A DNA stretch of 64,000 nt from Dendrobates tinctorius (lineage: Eukaryota), in assembly GCF_039654945.1 (NCBI RefSeq), contig NW_027361796.1, positions 15,748,001-15,812,000 of the forward strand, written 5' to 3'. The position numbers and the translations under genes were made by a program. Shown here piece after piece: positions 9,189-20,400 of the stretch (positions are counted from its first letter, which is position 1; every line of letters starts with the position of its first letter). Below the pieces are notes generated by a model. The model was not told the origin of the DNA, searched no databases, and saw only the letters and a program-made list of their open reading frames with translations.

Positions 9189-12100
9189 CAGTGGCGGATT
9201 ATAATGAGGTCAATTTGGGCAGTTGCCCCGGGCCCAGTGGGGTTAAGGGGCCCACAGCCAAGGCCAGTAAATTGCCCCATTATAATCCGCCACCGCGCAG
9301 GGCCGGATTATAGGCAGGGCAGGCGGGGCTTCAGCCCCGGGGCCCCCACCACAAGAGCTTCTAAGGGGGCCCCCACCACATTCCTGCTGGCTGCTGCAAT
9401 GGCACTCCATCTTCTCCCCACCTAAAAGTGAGTGACCGTGGGGGCGGCATTATGTGCTCTGCTACCAGCAGCATCTACAAGTAGCGTGAACGCTGATGCT
9501 GCTGGTAGCGTGCAAAGGCTTGTGATGAGATCACAGGAGGTAAGGTGTCAGGGCCTGCGATCATGTGACCCCTGTATCCTCCCCTCCTGTGACCTCATCA
9601 CAGGTCCTGTGCGCACAGCACTGAGAGCAGCCATGTATGTGGAGTGCGGCTCTGCGGGTGGAGGTCGGTGCTGGAGGCTCCATTATTCTCTATGTGGAGT
9701 GCGGCTCTGCGGGTGGAGGTCGGTGCTGGAGGCTCCATTATTCTCTATGTGGAGTGTGGCTCTGCAGGTGGAGGTCGGTGCTGGAGGCTCCATTATTCTC
9801 TATGTGGAGTGCAGCTCTGCGGGTGGAGGTCGGTGCTGGAGGCTCCATTATTCTCTATGTGGAGTGCGGCTCTGCGGGTGGAGGTCGGTGCTGGAGGCTC
9901 CATTATTCTCTATGTGGAGTGTGGCTCTGCAGGTGGAGGTCGGTGCTGGAGGCTCCATTATTCTCTATGTGGAGTGCAGCTCTGCGGGTGGAGGTCGGTG
10001 CTGGAGGCTCCATTATTCTCTATGTAGAGTGCGGCTCTGCGGGTGGAGGTCGGTGCCGGAGGCTCCATTATTCTCTATGTGGAGTGTGGCTCTGCAGGTG
10101 GAGGTCGGTGCTGGAGGCTCCATTATTCTCTATGTGGAGTGCGGCTCTGTGGGTGGAGGTCGGTGCTGGAGGCTCCATTATTCTCTATGTGGAGTGCGGC
10201 TCTGCGGGTGGAGGTCGGTGCTGGAGGCTCCATTATTCTCTATGTGGAGTGCGGCTCTGCGGGTGGAGGTAGGTGCTGGAGGCCCCATTATTCTCTATGT
10301 GGAGTGTGGCTCTGCAGGTGGAGGTCGGTGCTGGAGGCTCCATTATTCTCTATGTGGAGTGCAGCTCTGCGGGTGGAGGTCGGTGCTGGAGGCTCCATTA
10401 TTCTCTATGTAGAGTGCGGCTCTGCGGGTGGAGGTCGGTGCCGGAGGCTCCATTATTCTCTATGTGGAGTGTGGCTCTGCAGGTGGAGGTCGGTGCTGGA
10501 GGCTCCATTATTCTCTATGTGGAGTGCGGCTCTGTGGGTGGAGGTCGGTGCTGGAGGCTCCATTATTCTCTATGTGGAGTGCGGCTCTGCGGGTGGAGGT
10601 CGGTGCTGGAGGCTCCATTATTCTCTATGTGGAGTGCGGCTCTGCGGGTGGAGGTAGGTGCTGGAGGCCCCATTATTCTCTATGTGGAGTGGGGCTCTGC
10701 GGGTGGAGGTCGGTGCTGGAGGCTCCATTATTCTCTATGTGGAGTGCGGCTCTGTGGGTGGAGGTCGGTGCTGGAGGCTCCATTATTCTCTATGTGGAGT
10801 GCGGCTCTGCGGGTGGAGGTCGGTGCTGGAGGCTCCATTATTCTCTATGTGGAGTGGGGCTCTGCAGGTGGAGGTCAGTGCTGGAGGCTCCATTATTCTC
10901 TATGTGGAGTGGGGCTCTGCAGGTGGAGGTCAGTGCTGGAGGCTCCATTATTCTCTATGTGGAGTGCGGCTCTGCGGGTGGAGGTCGGTGCTGGAGGCTC
11001 CATTATTCTCTATGTGGAGTGGGGCTCTGCGGGTGGAGGTCGGTGCTGGAGGCCCCATTATTCTCTATGTGGAGTGCGGCTCTGCGGGTGGAGGTCGGTG
11101 CTGGAGGCTCCATTATTCTCTATGTGGAGTGCGGCTCTGCGGGTGGAGGTCGGTGCTGGAGGCTCCATTATTCTCTATGTGGAGTGCGGCTCTGCGGGTG
11201 GAGGTCGGTGCTGGAGGCCCCATTATTCTCTATGTGGAGTGCGGCTCTGCGGGTGGAGGTCAGTGCTGGAGGCCCCATTATTCTCTATGTGGAGTGCGGC
11301 TCTGCGGGTGGAGGTCGGTGCTGGAGGCTCCATTATTCTCTATGTGGAGTGCGGCTCTGCAGGTGGAGGTCAGTGCTGGAGGCTCCATTATTCTCTATGT
11401 GGAGGTCGGTGCTGGAGGCTCCATTATTCTCTATGTGGAGTGCGGCTCTGTGGGTGGAGGTCGGTGCTGGAGGCTCCATTATTCTCTATGTGGAGTGCGG
11501 CTCTGCGGGTGGAGGTCGGTGCTGGAGGCTCCATTATTCTCTATGTGGAGTGCGGCTCTGCGGGTGGAGGTCGGTGCTGGAGGCTCCATTCTCTATGTGG
11601 AGTGCGGCTCTGCGGGTGGAGGTAGGTGCTGGAGGCCCCATTATTCTCTATGTGGAGTGGGGCTCTGCGGGTGGAGGTCGGTGCTGGAGGCTCCATTATT
11701 CTCTATGTGGAGTGCGGCTCTGTGGGTGGAGGTCGGTGCTGGAGGCTCCATTATTCTCTATGTGGAGTGCGGCTCTACGGGTGGAGGTCGGTGCTGGAGG
11801 CTCCATTATTCTCTATGTGGAGTGGGGCTCTGCAGGTGGAGGTCAGTGCTGGAGGCTCCATTATTCTCTATGTGGAGTGCGGCTCTGCGGGTGGAGGTCG
11901 GTGCTGGAGGCTCCATTATTCTCTATGTGGAGTGGGGCTCTGCGGGTGGAGGTCAGTGCTGGAGGCCCCATTATTCTCTATGTGGAGTGCGGCTCTGCGG
12001 GTGGAGGTCGGTGCTGGAGGCTCCATTATTCTCTATGTGGAGTGCGGCTCTGCGGGTGGAGGTCGGTGCTGGAGGCTCCATTATTCTCTATGTGGAGTGC

Positions 12101-13580
12101 GGCTCTGCAGGTGGAGGTCGGTGCTGGAGGCCCCATTATTCTCTATGTGGAGTGCGGCTCTGCGGGTGGAGGTCAGTGCTGGAGGCCCCATTATTCTCTA
12201 TGTGGAGTGCGGCTCTGCGGGTGGAGGTCGGTGCTGGAGGCTCCATTATTCTCTATGTGGAGTGCGGCTCTGCAGGTGGAGGTCAGTGCTGGAGGCTCCA
12301 TTATTCTCTATGTGGAGGTCGGTGCTGGAGGCTCCATTATTCTCTATGTGGAGTGCGGCTCTGCGGGTGGAGGTCGGTGCTGGAGGCTCCATTATTCTCT
12401 ATGTGGAGTGCGGCTCTGCGGGTGGAGGTAGGTGCTGGAGGCCCCATTATTCTCTATGTGGAGTGGGGCTCTGCGGGTGGAGGTCGGTGCTGGAGGCTCC
12501 ATTATTCTCTATGTGGAGTGCGGCTCTGTGGGTGGAGGTCGGTGCTGGAGGCTCCATTCTCTATGTGGAGTGCGGCTCTGCGGGTGGAGGTCGGTGCTGG
12601 AGGCTCCATTATTCTCTATGTGGAGTGGGGCTCTGCAGGTGGAGGTCAGTGCTGGAGGCTCCATTATTCTCTATGTGGAGTGCGGCTCTGCGGGTGGAGG
12701 TCGGTGCTGGAGGCTCCATTATTCTCTATGTGGAGTGGGGCTCTGCGGGTGGAGGTCAGTGCTGGAGGCCCCATTATTCTCTATGTGGAGTGCGGCTCTG
12801 CGGGTGGAGGTCGGTGCTGGAGGCTCCATTATTCTCTATGTGGAGTGCGGCTCTGCGGGTGGAGGTCGGTGCTGGAGGCTCCATTATTCTCTATGTGGAG
12901 TGCGGCTCTGCAGGTGGAGGTCGGTGCTGGAGGCCCCATTATTCTCTATGTGGAGTGCGGCTCTGCGGGTGGAGGTCAGTGCTGGAGGCCCCATTATTCT
13001 CTATGTGGAGTGCGGCTCTGCGGGTGGAGGTCGGTGCTGGAGGCTCCATTATTCTCTATGTGGAGTGCGGCTCTGCAGGTGGAGGTCAGTGCTGGAGGCT
13101 CCATTATTCTCTATGTGGAGGTCGGTGCTGGAGGCTCCATTATTCTCTATGTGGAGTGCGGCTCTGCGGGTGGAGGTCGGTGCTGGAGGCTCCATTATTC
13201 TCTATGTGGAGTGCGGCTCTGCGGGTGGAGGTCAGTGCTGGAGGCCCCATTATTCTCTATGTGGAGTGCGGCTCTGCGGGTGGAGGTCGGTGCTGGAGGC
13301 TCCATTATTCTCTATGTGGAGTGCGGCTCTGCAGGTGGAGGTCGGTGCTGGAGGCCCCATTATTCTCTATGTAGAGTGTGGCTCTGCGGGTGGAGGTCGG
13401 TGCTGGAGGCCCCATTATTCTCTATGTAGAGTGCGGCTCTGCGGGTGGAGGTCGGTGCTGGAGGCCCCATTATTCTCTATGTAGAGTGTGGCTCTACGAT
13501 TCGTGACCCCCGTCACGTGACGAGGGGGGCCCACAGAGTCTGAACTGCCCCGGGCACTGGCTACCCTTAATCCACCCCTG
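9189..13580. mobile_element. Non-autonomous hAT-type element expanded by an internal minisatellite
   Basis: TIRs CAGTGGCGGATTA...TAATCCACCCCTG. Perfect 8-bp TSD CACATAAT at 9181-9188 and 13581-13588. Confidence 0.9.
9636..13495. repeat. 55-bp minisatellite, about 70 copies
   Basis: Unit TATGTGGAGTGCGGCTCTGCGGGTGGAGGTCGGTGCTGGAGGCTCCATTATTCTC. 36-bp deletion units at 11396, 12309 and 13112; 52-bp units near 11586 and 12554. Confidence 0.97.
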
Positions 13581-13810
13581 CACATAATGCAGTCACTGAG
13601 CCAGCCCTGCAACATGCATTATTCAGAAGAGAAGACGTCATGTGTTTACCAGTATCTCACACCTACATGACAGCACACAAGCCCCTGATGCGGACACCAT
13701 AAGGTGGTCGTCCAATCCTCACATACAGTGGAGTCAATGAAGAGGTCAATAAGGCGCAGCGACAAGTGCACGGGCAGTATCTAGCGCCCTCCTAGGGGAG
13801 GAGCCGAGCA

Positions 13811-13816
13811 CACGTG
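13811..13816 (+). promoter_or_regulatory. E-box (CACGTG) of the ABCA1 promoter
   Basis: Canonical CACGTG about 50 bp upstream of the DR-4, in the order recalled for the mammalian ABCA1 promoter. Confidence 0.7.
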
Positions 13817-13839
13817 CTGCTGGCAGGGCAGACCGCGGC

Positions 13840-13851
13840 ACATAAACAGAG
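13840..13851 (+). promoter_or_regulatory. Forkhead-type site (ACATAAACAGAG)
   Basis: TAAACA core between the E-box and DR-4; the same string is recalled from the human ABCA1 promoter. Confidence 0.55.
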
Positions 13852-13862
13852 CGGCTCCAGTG

Positions 13863-13878
13863 TGACCGATAGTAACCC
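13863..13878 (-). promoter_or_regulatory. LXR/RXR response element (DR-4) of the ABCA1 promoter
   Basis: TGACCG ATAG TAACCC; 15/16 identical to the recalled human ABCA1 LXRE TGACCGatagTAACCT. Confidence 0.9.
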
Positions 13879-13890
13879 TGCAGTACTGGC

Positions 13891-13897
13891 TATAAGA
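13891..13897 (+). promoter_or_regulatory. TATA box of ABCA1
   Basis: CTATAAGAGGAACT starting about 12 bp downstream of the DR-4; resembles recalled human CTATAAAAGGAACT. Confidence 0.75.
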
Positions 13898-13919
13898 GGA
13901 ACTCCATACAAAGCGCCAC

Positions 13920-14106
13920 TGCTGCTGCAGGCGGAGACGGGGAGTGGGGTGGGCAGCAGGGGATGCTGACAGGACGCGCACTCAGTGCGAGCATCACATC
14001 TGTTCTGGCCGGGACTGGAGCACACACGGGTCCCATGACTGTGCCTGCACTAGGGGGCTGCAGCTGAGGGGCATTCTGCTGAGGAGACATTAGGACAGGG
14101 GAGAAG
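13920..14106 (+). other. ABCA1: Probable ABCA1 non-coding exon 1 (TSS approximate)
   Basis: GC-rich segment starting about 30 bp after the TATA; candidate donor GAGAAG|GTAAAT at 14106/14107. Gives an intron 1 of about 23 kb, similar to mammals. Boundaries are inferred. Confidence 0.5.
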
Positions 14107-14366
14107 GTAAATGACATTCTGCTCGCTATTCTAACGGGCAGCACTCACTTTAAGGAAGATCCTGAGAAAATGGAAACTTGTGCTGGATTATGGGCTAGTG
14201 GTAACTGTTATTGTGTATGGCCGCTACTGTGTCTGGGGGATTACCGAGGTCAGGCGAGCCCTGGGGAGAGCAATATTAGCGATCTGTCACCTATCCTACT
14301 ACTTATCTACCTATCTGTCTATCTATAATCTATCAATCTATCTACAATATCTATCTGATATCTTTA

Positions 14367-14501
14367 NNNNNNNNNNNNNNNNNNNNNNNNNNNNNNNNNN
14401 NNNNNNNNNNNNNNNNNNNNNNNNNNNNNNNNNNNNNNNNNNNNNNNNNNNNNNNNNNNNNNNNNNNNNNNNNNNNNNNNNNNNNNNNNNNNNNNNNNNN
14501 N
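14367..14501. other. Assembly gap (135 N) next to a (TCTA)n-like tract
   Basis: Run of N preceded by a degenerate TCTA/TATC microsatellite (about 14290-14366). Confidence 0.99.
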
Positions 14502-15869
14502 TGAGGCTGAATCCCCGGATCCTGCCTGGAGCTCACTGTATGTTTCCTATACTTCTCTTTGTGTACTTGGATCCTGCTGTTTGCCTTTCGCCCCAAGTCG
14601 TCACCGTCCTGCTTTTGGTGTAGGATCGTGTCTTGGCTTTCATTTTGGTTATTTCCACTGATTAGAGATGATTCCCCAGTAGGTAATAGGTAACATTCTC
14701 TTTCTAACCATTGCTCCTTAATTTCCTCCTTTACTGTACAGCACTGACTGTACATGAAGCACTCTAGGGTCTCTAATCTTACATTCTGATTTTGGAGTGG
14801 CTGATGAAGCCAGAGGAAGCCCACACAATCATGGAGAAGGATATACAAACTCCATGCAGTTGTTGCTCGTTGTGAGGGTATTGTTTACATGCATTGTAGT
14901 AATTGAAGTCATTCCCTCGGATACACCTAGTTCTTCCAGGCACATATCACCGACCGATGCTGCTACTATTGCTATGTTGTACCAATATTACATTATTATA
15001 CAAACAGTGATGTATTTTGTTTGCGGAACTATAAGGACTACTGTAGGGAGAAATGTACCTCCAAACAGCTACCACCACTTCTCATACTCTATATATTTTC
15101 AACAGGAGGATTTTCTTTTTCTTCCAGATTTTGGTACCTACTGTATATGTACATTGTTCTCAGACTTGTTTTGATTCAATAAGTTCCCCAGAACCAATTT
15201 GTTGCCTCCAGAACTCTGATTGCTGTTGTTTATCTGCTCCCTATAGAAGTGTGATCACAAGTGAGCCATCTCCAGCTATGATCCATGATTACGGGTGGCT
15301 TACCATCATAGGCGTTGGAGCTGCTGAGGGCTGTAGAGAGGAATGAACGGCAGTAACCTTTCTGTGTAGTCATTGGTCCGATAAAGTGCACAGGGAAAAA
15401 GTGGAACGTGCGGAATATACTGGATAGAACCTAGCTAGATGTGCCTGCACTCCTGTGTGCGCTTTGTCTTAGCTTTTGTCACCTTGTACTCATTGGACCA
15501 GTATTTAATGTTTCCCATTGTGAAGGGGCAAAATTCATTGTTATAGTAGCTCATATAGATCTCCATGGCATGGTGAAACTATATGTCAGACTATGTTCAC
15601 ACTTCCGTTCAGACATTACATTTGTTAACCTATACGGATCCTTACATAACTGATGCAGAGAAGCCCCATTGAATTTTACGGGGTCTGTCATGGTTCCATT
15701 ATGCGTCCGTTATTACTGGGAAAAAAAAAGAAGAAAAAACTCATAACAGAACCCAGACAGATCCCATAATAAACAATAGGGTCCCGTCCTCATCATTTAT
15801 GTAACTGATCCTTTTTGGACAATGTTTCCTTTTGTCCTTTTCTCAAAATGGATCAGACAAAACTGTGAA

Positions 15870-16080
15870 TATAATAATAATAATAATAATAATAATACAT
15901 TTTATTTCTATAGCGCTGACATATTCCGCAGCACTTTACATTTCAGAGGGGACTTGTACAGATGATAGACATTACAGCATAACAATCACATAGATCATAA
16001 CAGATACCAAGAGGAATGAGGGCCCTGCTCGCAAGCTTACAATCTATGAGGGAAAAAGGGGAGACACGAAAGGTGGGAGG
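15870..16080 (-). mobile_element. LINE (L2-like) 3' fragment with (TAA)n tail
   Basis: (ATA)n then TTTATTTCTATAGCGCTGACATATTCCGCAGCACTTTACA, a typical L2-type 3' end in reverse. Second copy at 46379-48654. Confidence 0.7.
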
Positions 16081-16602
16081 GAACATCACCTTAGAGAAAT
16101 ACTGCCAGTCTGTGTTATTGATTGTGCAGCCCTTTATCGATAGGCTGGACCTAACAGGTATACCTTGTCGCTATGAAGTCGAAGATCGTAGAGACACAAA
16201 ATTGCAGCTCGTGTTAGCTGCCATATTGCTTTGGCATGAAGTGTGCCACGCGGCCTCACGTATAGTGGCAGTCTGGAAATGAATGAAAATTGCCTGGTGT
16301 AGTCATGTAATCTGTTTTAGTCTATTAATATTATTTATTATTAGTATCATTTGCAGTGTATAAGAGCCAAATGAGATACACTACTCCACTACATCTTTAC
16401 AGTCATGAGATGTACAGTATTACAGCTCACTATCATGTGCGGTATATATTAGAGACCATCAAAAAGATTTGAAGGCCCCTGGTCCAGCAGGTGTGAAGGT
16501 AGTCCTTTGCTGCCACATCAAAGCCTCGAGAACCAACTTCTACCCGGCAAAATCTTGAGTCCTGATTTGTAAACTTGGTGCCACATCATCGTTGCGACAT
16601 AA

Positions 16603-16835
16603 TGCAGCAACGCTGGGGTCCTGGGTTCAAATCCCACCAAGGAGAACATCTACATGGAGTTTGTATGTTCTCCCCGTGTTTGCGTGGGTTTCCTCCAGGC
16701 TCTTCGGTTTCCTTCCCAATGTCCAAAGACATACTGATAGGGAATGTAGATTGTCATCCCCAATGGGGACAGCAATGATAATGTCTTTAAAGTGCTATGG
16801 AGTATGATAGTGCTATATAAGCGAGTAAAATAAAT
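16603..16835 (+). mobile_element. tRNA-derived V-SINE-like element
   Basis: B-box GGTTCAAATCC; V-domain-like core GGAGTTTGTATGTTCTCCCCGTGTTTGCGTGGGTTTCCTCC...CCAAAGACAT; L2-like tail ending AAATAAAT. Confidence 0.75.
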
Positions 16836-17643
16836 GCATGCTTGACATCATATTAGGCCTATTAATCAGAAGAGGTGCTGGGGATAGGAAAAAGTTAACA
16901 GGGCTCTGATCTGGTGGGTACAAGCTACCAACGTGGCCATTAGGTCCTGTGAATCTTTTTTTTTGCATTCTCTAATGCTTAAACATACAAAAACATACAA
17001 TATACTGTATTAATGTGATTACGTCAGATTGTATTAGAAAATCTGCTTACTGAGACTAGCATGCGTCTGTATTATGCTTCCATTTTGTAATAGGGCTGCT
17101 AACGGTGTCCATGGGCCTTGTTCTATACATATATATGGAAGTATTCTGCCCTAGTAGTGCTGTTTATGCCGTAATTTGCACCAAAACAAGCTCATATTTA
17201 CAATAACTGTAGGTCACAGAGTCCATTACAGCCAGTTTGGTGTAAAGTGAAAACCGTCTGGCTTTCTACTAATTAACCTATGTGGGCTCTGTCCCAGTGT
17301 GCGCTCTACTTTTTTGCTTTGTCCCTGGTTCCTGGTAGATATTTGCTGTTTGGAGGACTGTAGTTTTATTGTTATTAATAAATTCACATGGAAGGTTTAT
17401 TTCATGGTTCTTGCATAGTATATGCATCAATAACTACCTGGTCCGGTATATTTAGCTTGCTGCATTTTTTTCTTTTTCAAATGGAATTTTCAGATAGGAA
17501 ACCTGTTACAGAAAATCAGCTTTCAGTAGGTCAGCTCCGACACGCTACCAGTGCATCCCATGGGACCATTTTCCTTCTTAAGTTTCCATACTTTTTATTT
17601 TCACATCTACACCATTTAGTACAAATATGTAACATCAAGTTGT

Positions 17644-17676
<33 letters not shown>

Positions 17677-19379
17677 TTATTTATTTATTTATTTATCATA
17701 TCAGTCACACTATTATTAGAAGGGAGGATTTACTAATCAGTTATGTACAAAAGCTGGTTATGATCATTGTTATATAAGAACCAACCATCATGTGAACCGG
17801 TGGTATACAATATTTTTGGTATTTACACTGGTAGGTGTAGGTATGTCCATTGGTAATAGTTTGCTAATACTTACAAGTAATATAGTTGTTACTTTACGTT
17901 ATATCTAAATCCTGTAAAACGTCATTCTAGAAATGATATCAATACATCATTAGTCTTGTAGGCAGATGGAAGTGACTTGGTAAACCGTAGCGTTCTGCAA
18001 AACATAGCAATTCTGGCTGCCGTCAGCTTCTTTTGTCCTCAGTTTGGGCAGCTGAAGACGGCCCATAGACTTGCAGTATATTTGTTTTTTAAGAATTTAT
18101 TTAGGAAATAATCCAATTATTGCATCATTAAGGTAAAATCACACTTTGGATATGTGCGTGCAGTGTGGATACTAAACTTTCCTTGTAGTCTCTTGCTCGT
18201 TTTCTAATAGTCAAGCAATTAAGTGAACTAACCGGTGCTGTACCGATCTCAAAGTAGCCGGAGGGGGCTCTTTACTAATAAAAAGCTATGGCAGACTTTA
18301 ATATACATGTAGGGCATTTACAAAAGCTGTATAATTTGAAGTTGTTCATTGGGAGGTAATATGATTTGTATTTTACAATAGATAGCTTTTATGTTTTAAT
18401 ATCATAGCTAACTTGGCTTTAAATATCCCACGAGCCAGACAATCAGACCACCATCAGATCTTCTACTAATGCATTTTTGGCTAGTATTCTATTATATGTA
18501 AAAGATCTTATTGGGCCATTAAAATCAAATTGGCTCATTATTGCTCTTACTGGCTCTTGAGTACTTTCTCCTTCAGTTGCCTATGTAAAGAGTGTGCGTT
18601 TGTATTAATATATAGGGGATGCTGCTAGGGTCTTAAAAGATCAGGGGCACGAGTCTCATGGTACATGTCTCTCCATTGCTTTTCCACTTTTCCATCTGGT
18701 CCAGGAATAACATGTTGACTTCTAACCATGGCTTGTGTCTGCAGGGTTTATAAGCAAGACACATCGGACAATCACCACCTATCCCCAACCTACACAAGCA
18801 CCCCTCAGCTCTGTGCCTGCACCTGCTGCGTGGCAGAGGGACCATAAAAAAATAATAATAATAATAATACCCATGTGCTACTTTGAAGATTATATTGCCC
18901 CAAGTGCCACCTTCAATTAACAGTACCCCTTAAAAAGTGATAATGCTTCAAGTGCCCACTGAGAGCCCTCATCCAAACTAATAATGCCCCCATTTAAAAG
19001 GAATATGATTCCCCCAGTGCCTCCTACAAAACTAATAAGGTCTCCTGAGTGCCTTTAAATATAATATAAAAAGAATTAAGCTTATACTTACCGAATGCTG
19101 ATTCTCCACTTCAACATTAGGGTCCTCTTCTGACTTCTATAAACAATGGGCTGGTGCAGGCGGCACAACGTTGGGATTCTGACATCTTGTAGGGTGCAGA
19201 TCTGCAGAAGCATGTGGCCTACAAGACGGAGACTGCTAGGGCAGGGAGATTGTGGTTGAACGGTATCAGATTAATTTTGGTGCTGCAAAGTTCAAAGTTG
19301 ACACTTGCTGGAGAGGGGGCACCTGGCAAAAAGTTTGAGGCTGGAGCCCCAGATCTTTTGTGCTACTGATGCGAATACA

Positions 19380-19462
19380 TCTGTCTATCTCATCTCTATC
19401 TATCTATTCTCTATCTATCTATCTATCTATCTATCATCTATCTCATATCTATCTCTCTATCT
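19380..19462. repeat. (TCTA)n microsatellite
   Basis: Direct reading. Confidence 0.9.
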
Positions 19463-19469
19463 ACTAAGC

Positions 19470-20400
19470 ATACTACATTGACCAAGCTTTCGAGACATAA
19501 GTCTTGATTACTGAATTTAGGTTTTTTATTTAGTCCCATTGCCAAAGATTTATAGCATCCAGCCCCTAGTCATGTAGTCTGCCATTACTTAAATTTTTGA
19601 AATAATGGGTAGTTCTAAAGAGTTGACTGAATTCCAGTATGGTACAGTCATAGGATGCCAATGCAACAAGTTAGTTCATGAAGTTTCTTCCATCCTAAAT
19701 ATTCCACTATTAACTATGAGTGTTCTTATTGAAAATTGGAAGCGGAACGCATCCACAAAGTGGAGGCCACATAAAGATAAAGGGGTCTCAGAGTGCTGCG
19801 GCACATATGGCATCAAAGTCTGCAATGCTCATCAACCTCATCTGGTGTTAACATCAGCACAAAAACTGCTTGCTCATACATTAAGCACAATGCCAACCGT
19901 CAGATGGAAGGGTGTAAAGCTTGCCACCACTGGGATCTGGTGCAGTGTTTTCATGGTCAGTGGAGTGACATATCATTTTTCTCTATAAAGCAGTGTGATG
20001 GATGCATTTGGGTGGTTTCATTAATATTGATACCAACGATACCTGCCTAACGGCGTTCTGTAAAATTTGGTGGAGAAGTGATAATGGTGTGGGGTTCTTT
20101 TCGAGAGATGGTCTAGATTCCTTAGTTACAGTGAAGAGATTTCTTAATTCTTTAGTATACTTAGATATTTTTGGCCAATTGTAGTGTTCAACTTTTGGGG
20201 AAACAATTTTTGGAAGTCCCTTTTCTGTCCCCCATTTCTGCACCCTAGTACACAAAGCTAGCTCCAAGAAGGCATGTTTGGGAGTACTTGGTATGGAAGA
20301 ACTTTCCTGGTCCACATTGATTCCTGATCTCAATAAAAATGAGATCAAGACCTAGAACAAAGATTGTAATCCAGCATCAGGGTTTAACCCCACAAATGTT
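19470..20400 (+). pseudogene. Highly decayed Tc1-like transposase remnant
   Basis: ORF 19605 begins MGSSKELTEFQYGTVIGCQ (Tc1-like N-terminus); frameshifted traces of the 'VWG' and 'WP..SPDLN' regions downstream. Confidence 0.6.

Noticed and set aside
9432-13484. Very long + strand ORFs (up to 923 aa) in all three frames
   Set aside because: They come from a stop-poor 55-bp unit whose frame rotates with each copy; the same peptide appears in every frame and the array lies inside a hAT element.
14238-14252. GGATTA-CCG-AGGTCA as an LXR element
   Set aside because: The spacer is 3 nt, not 4, so it is not a DR-4; left uncalled.
14180-14848. ORFs spanning 14367-14501
   Set aside because: They read through an assembly gap of Ns.
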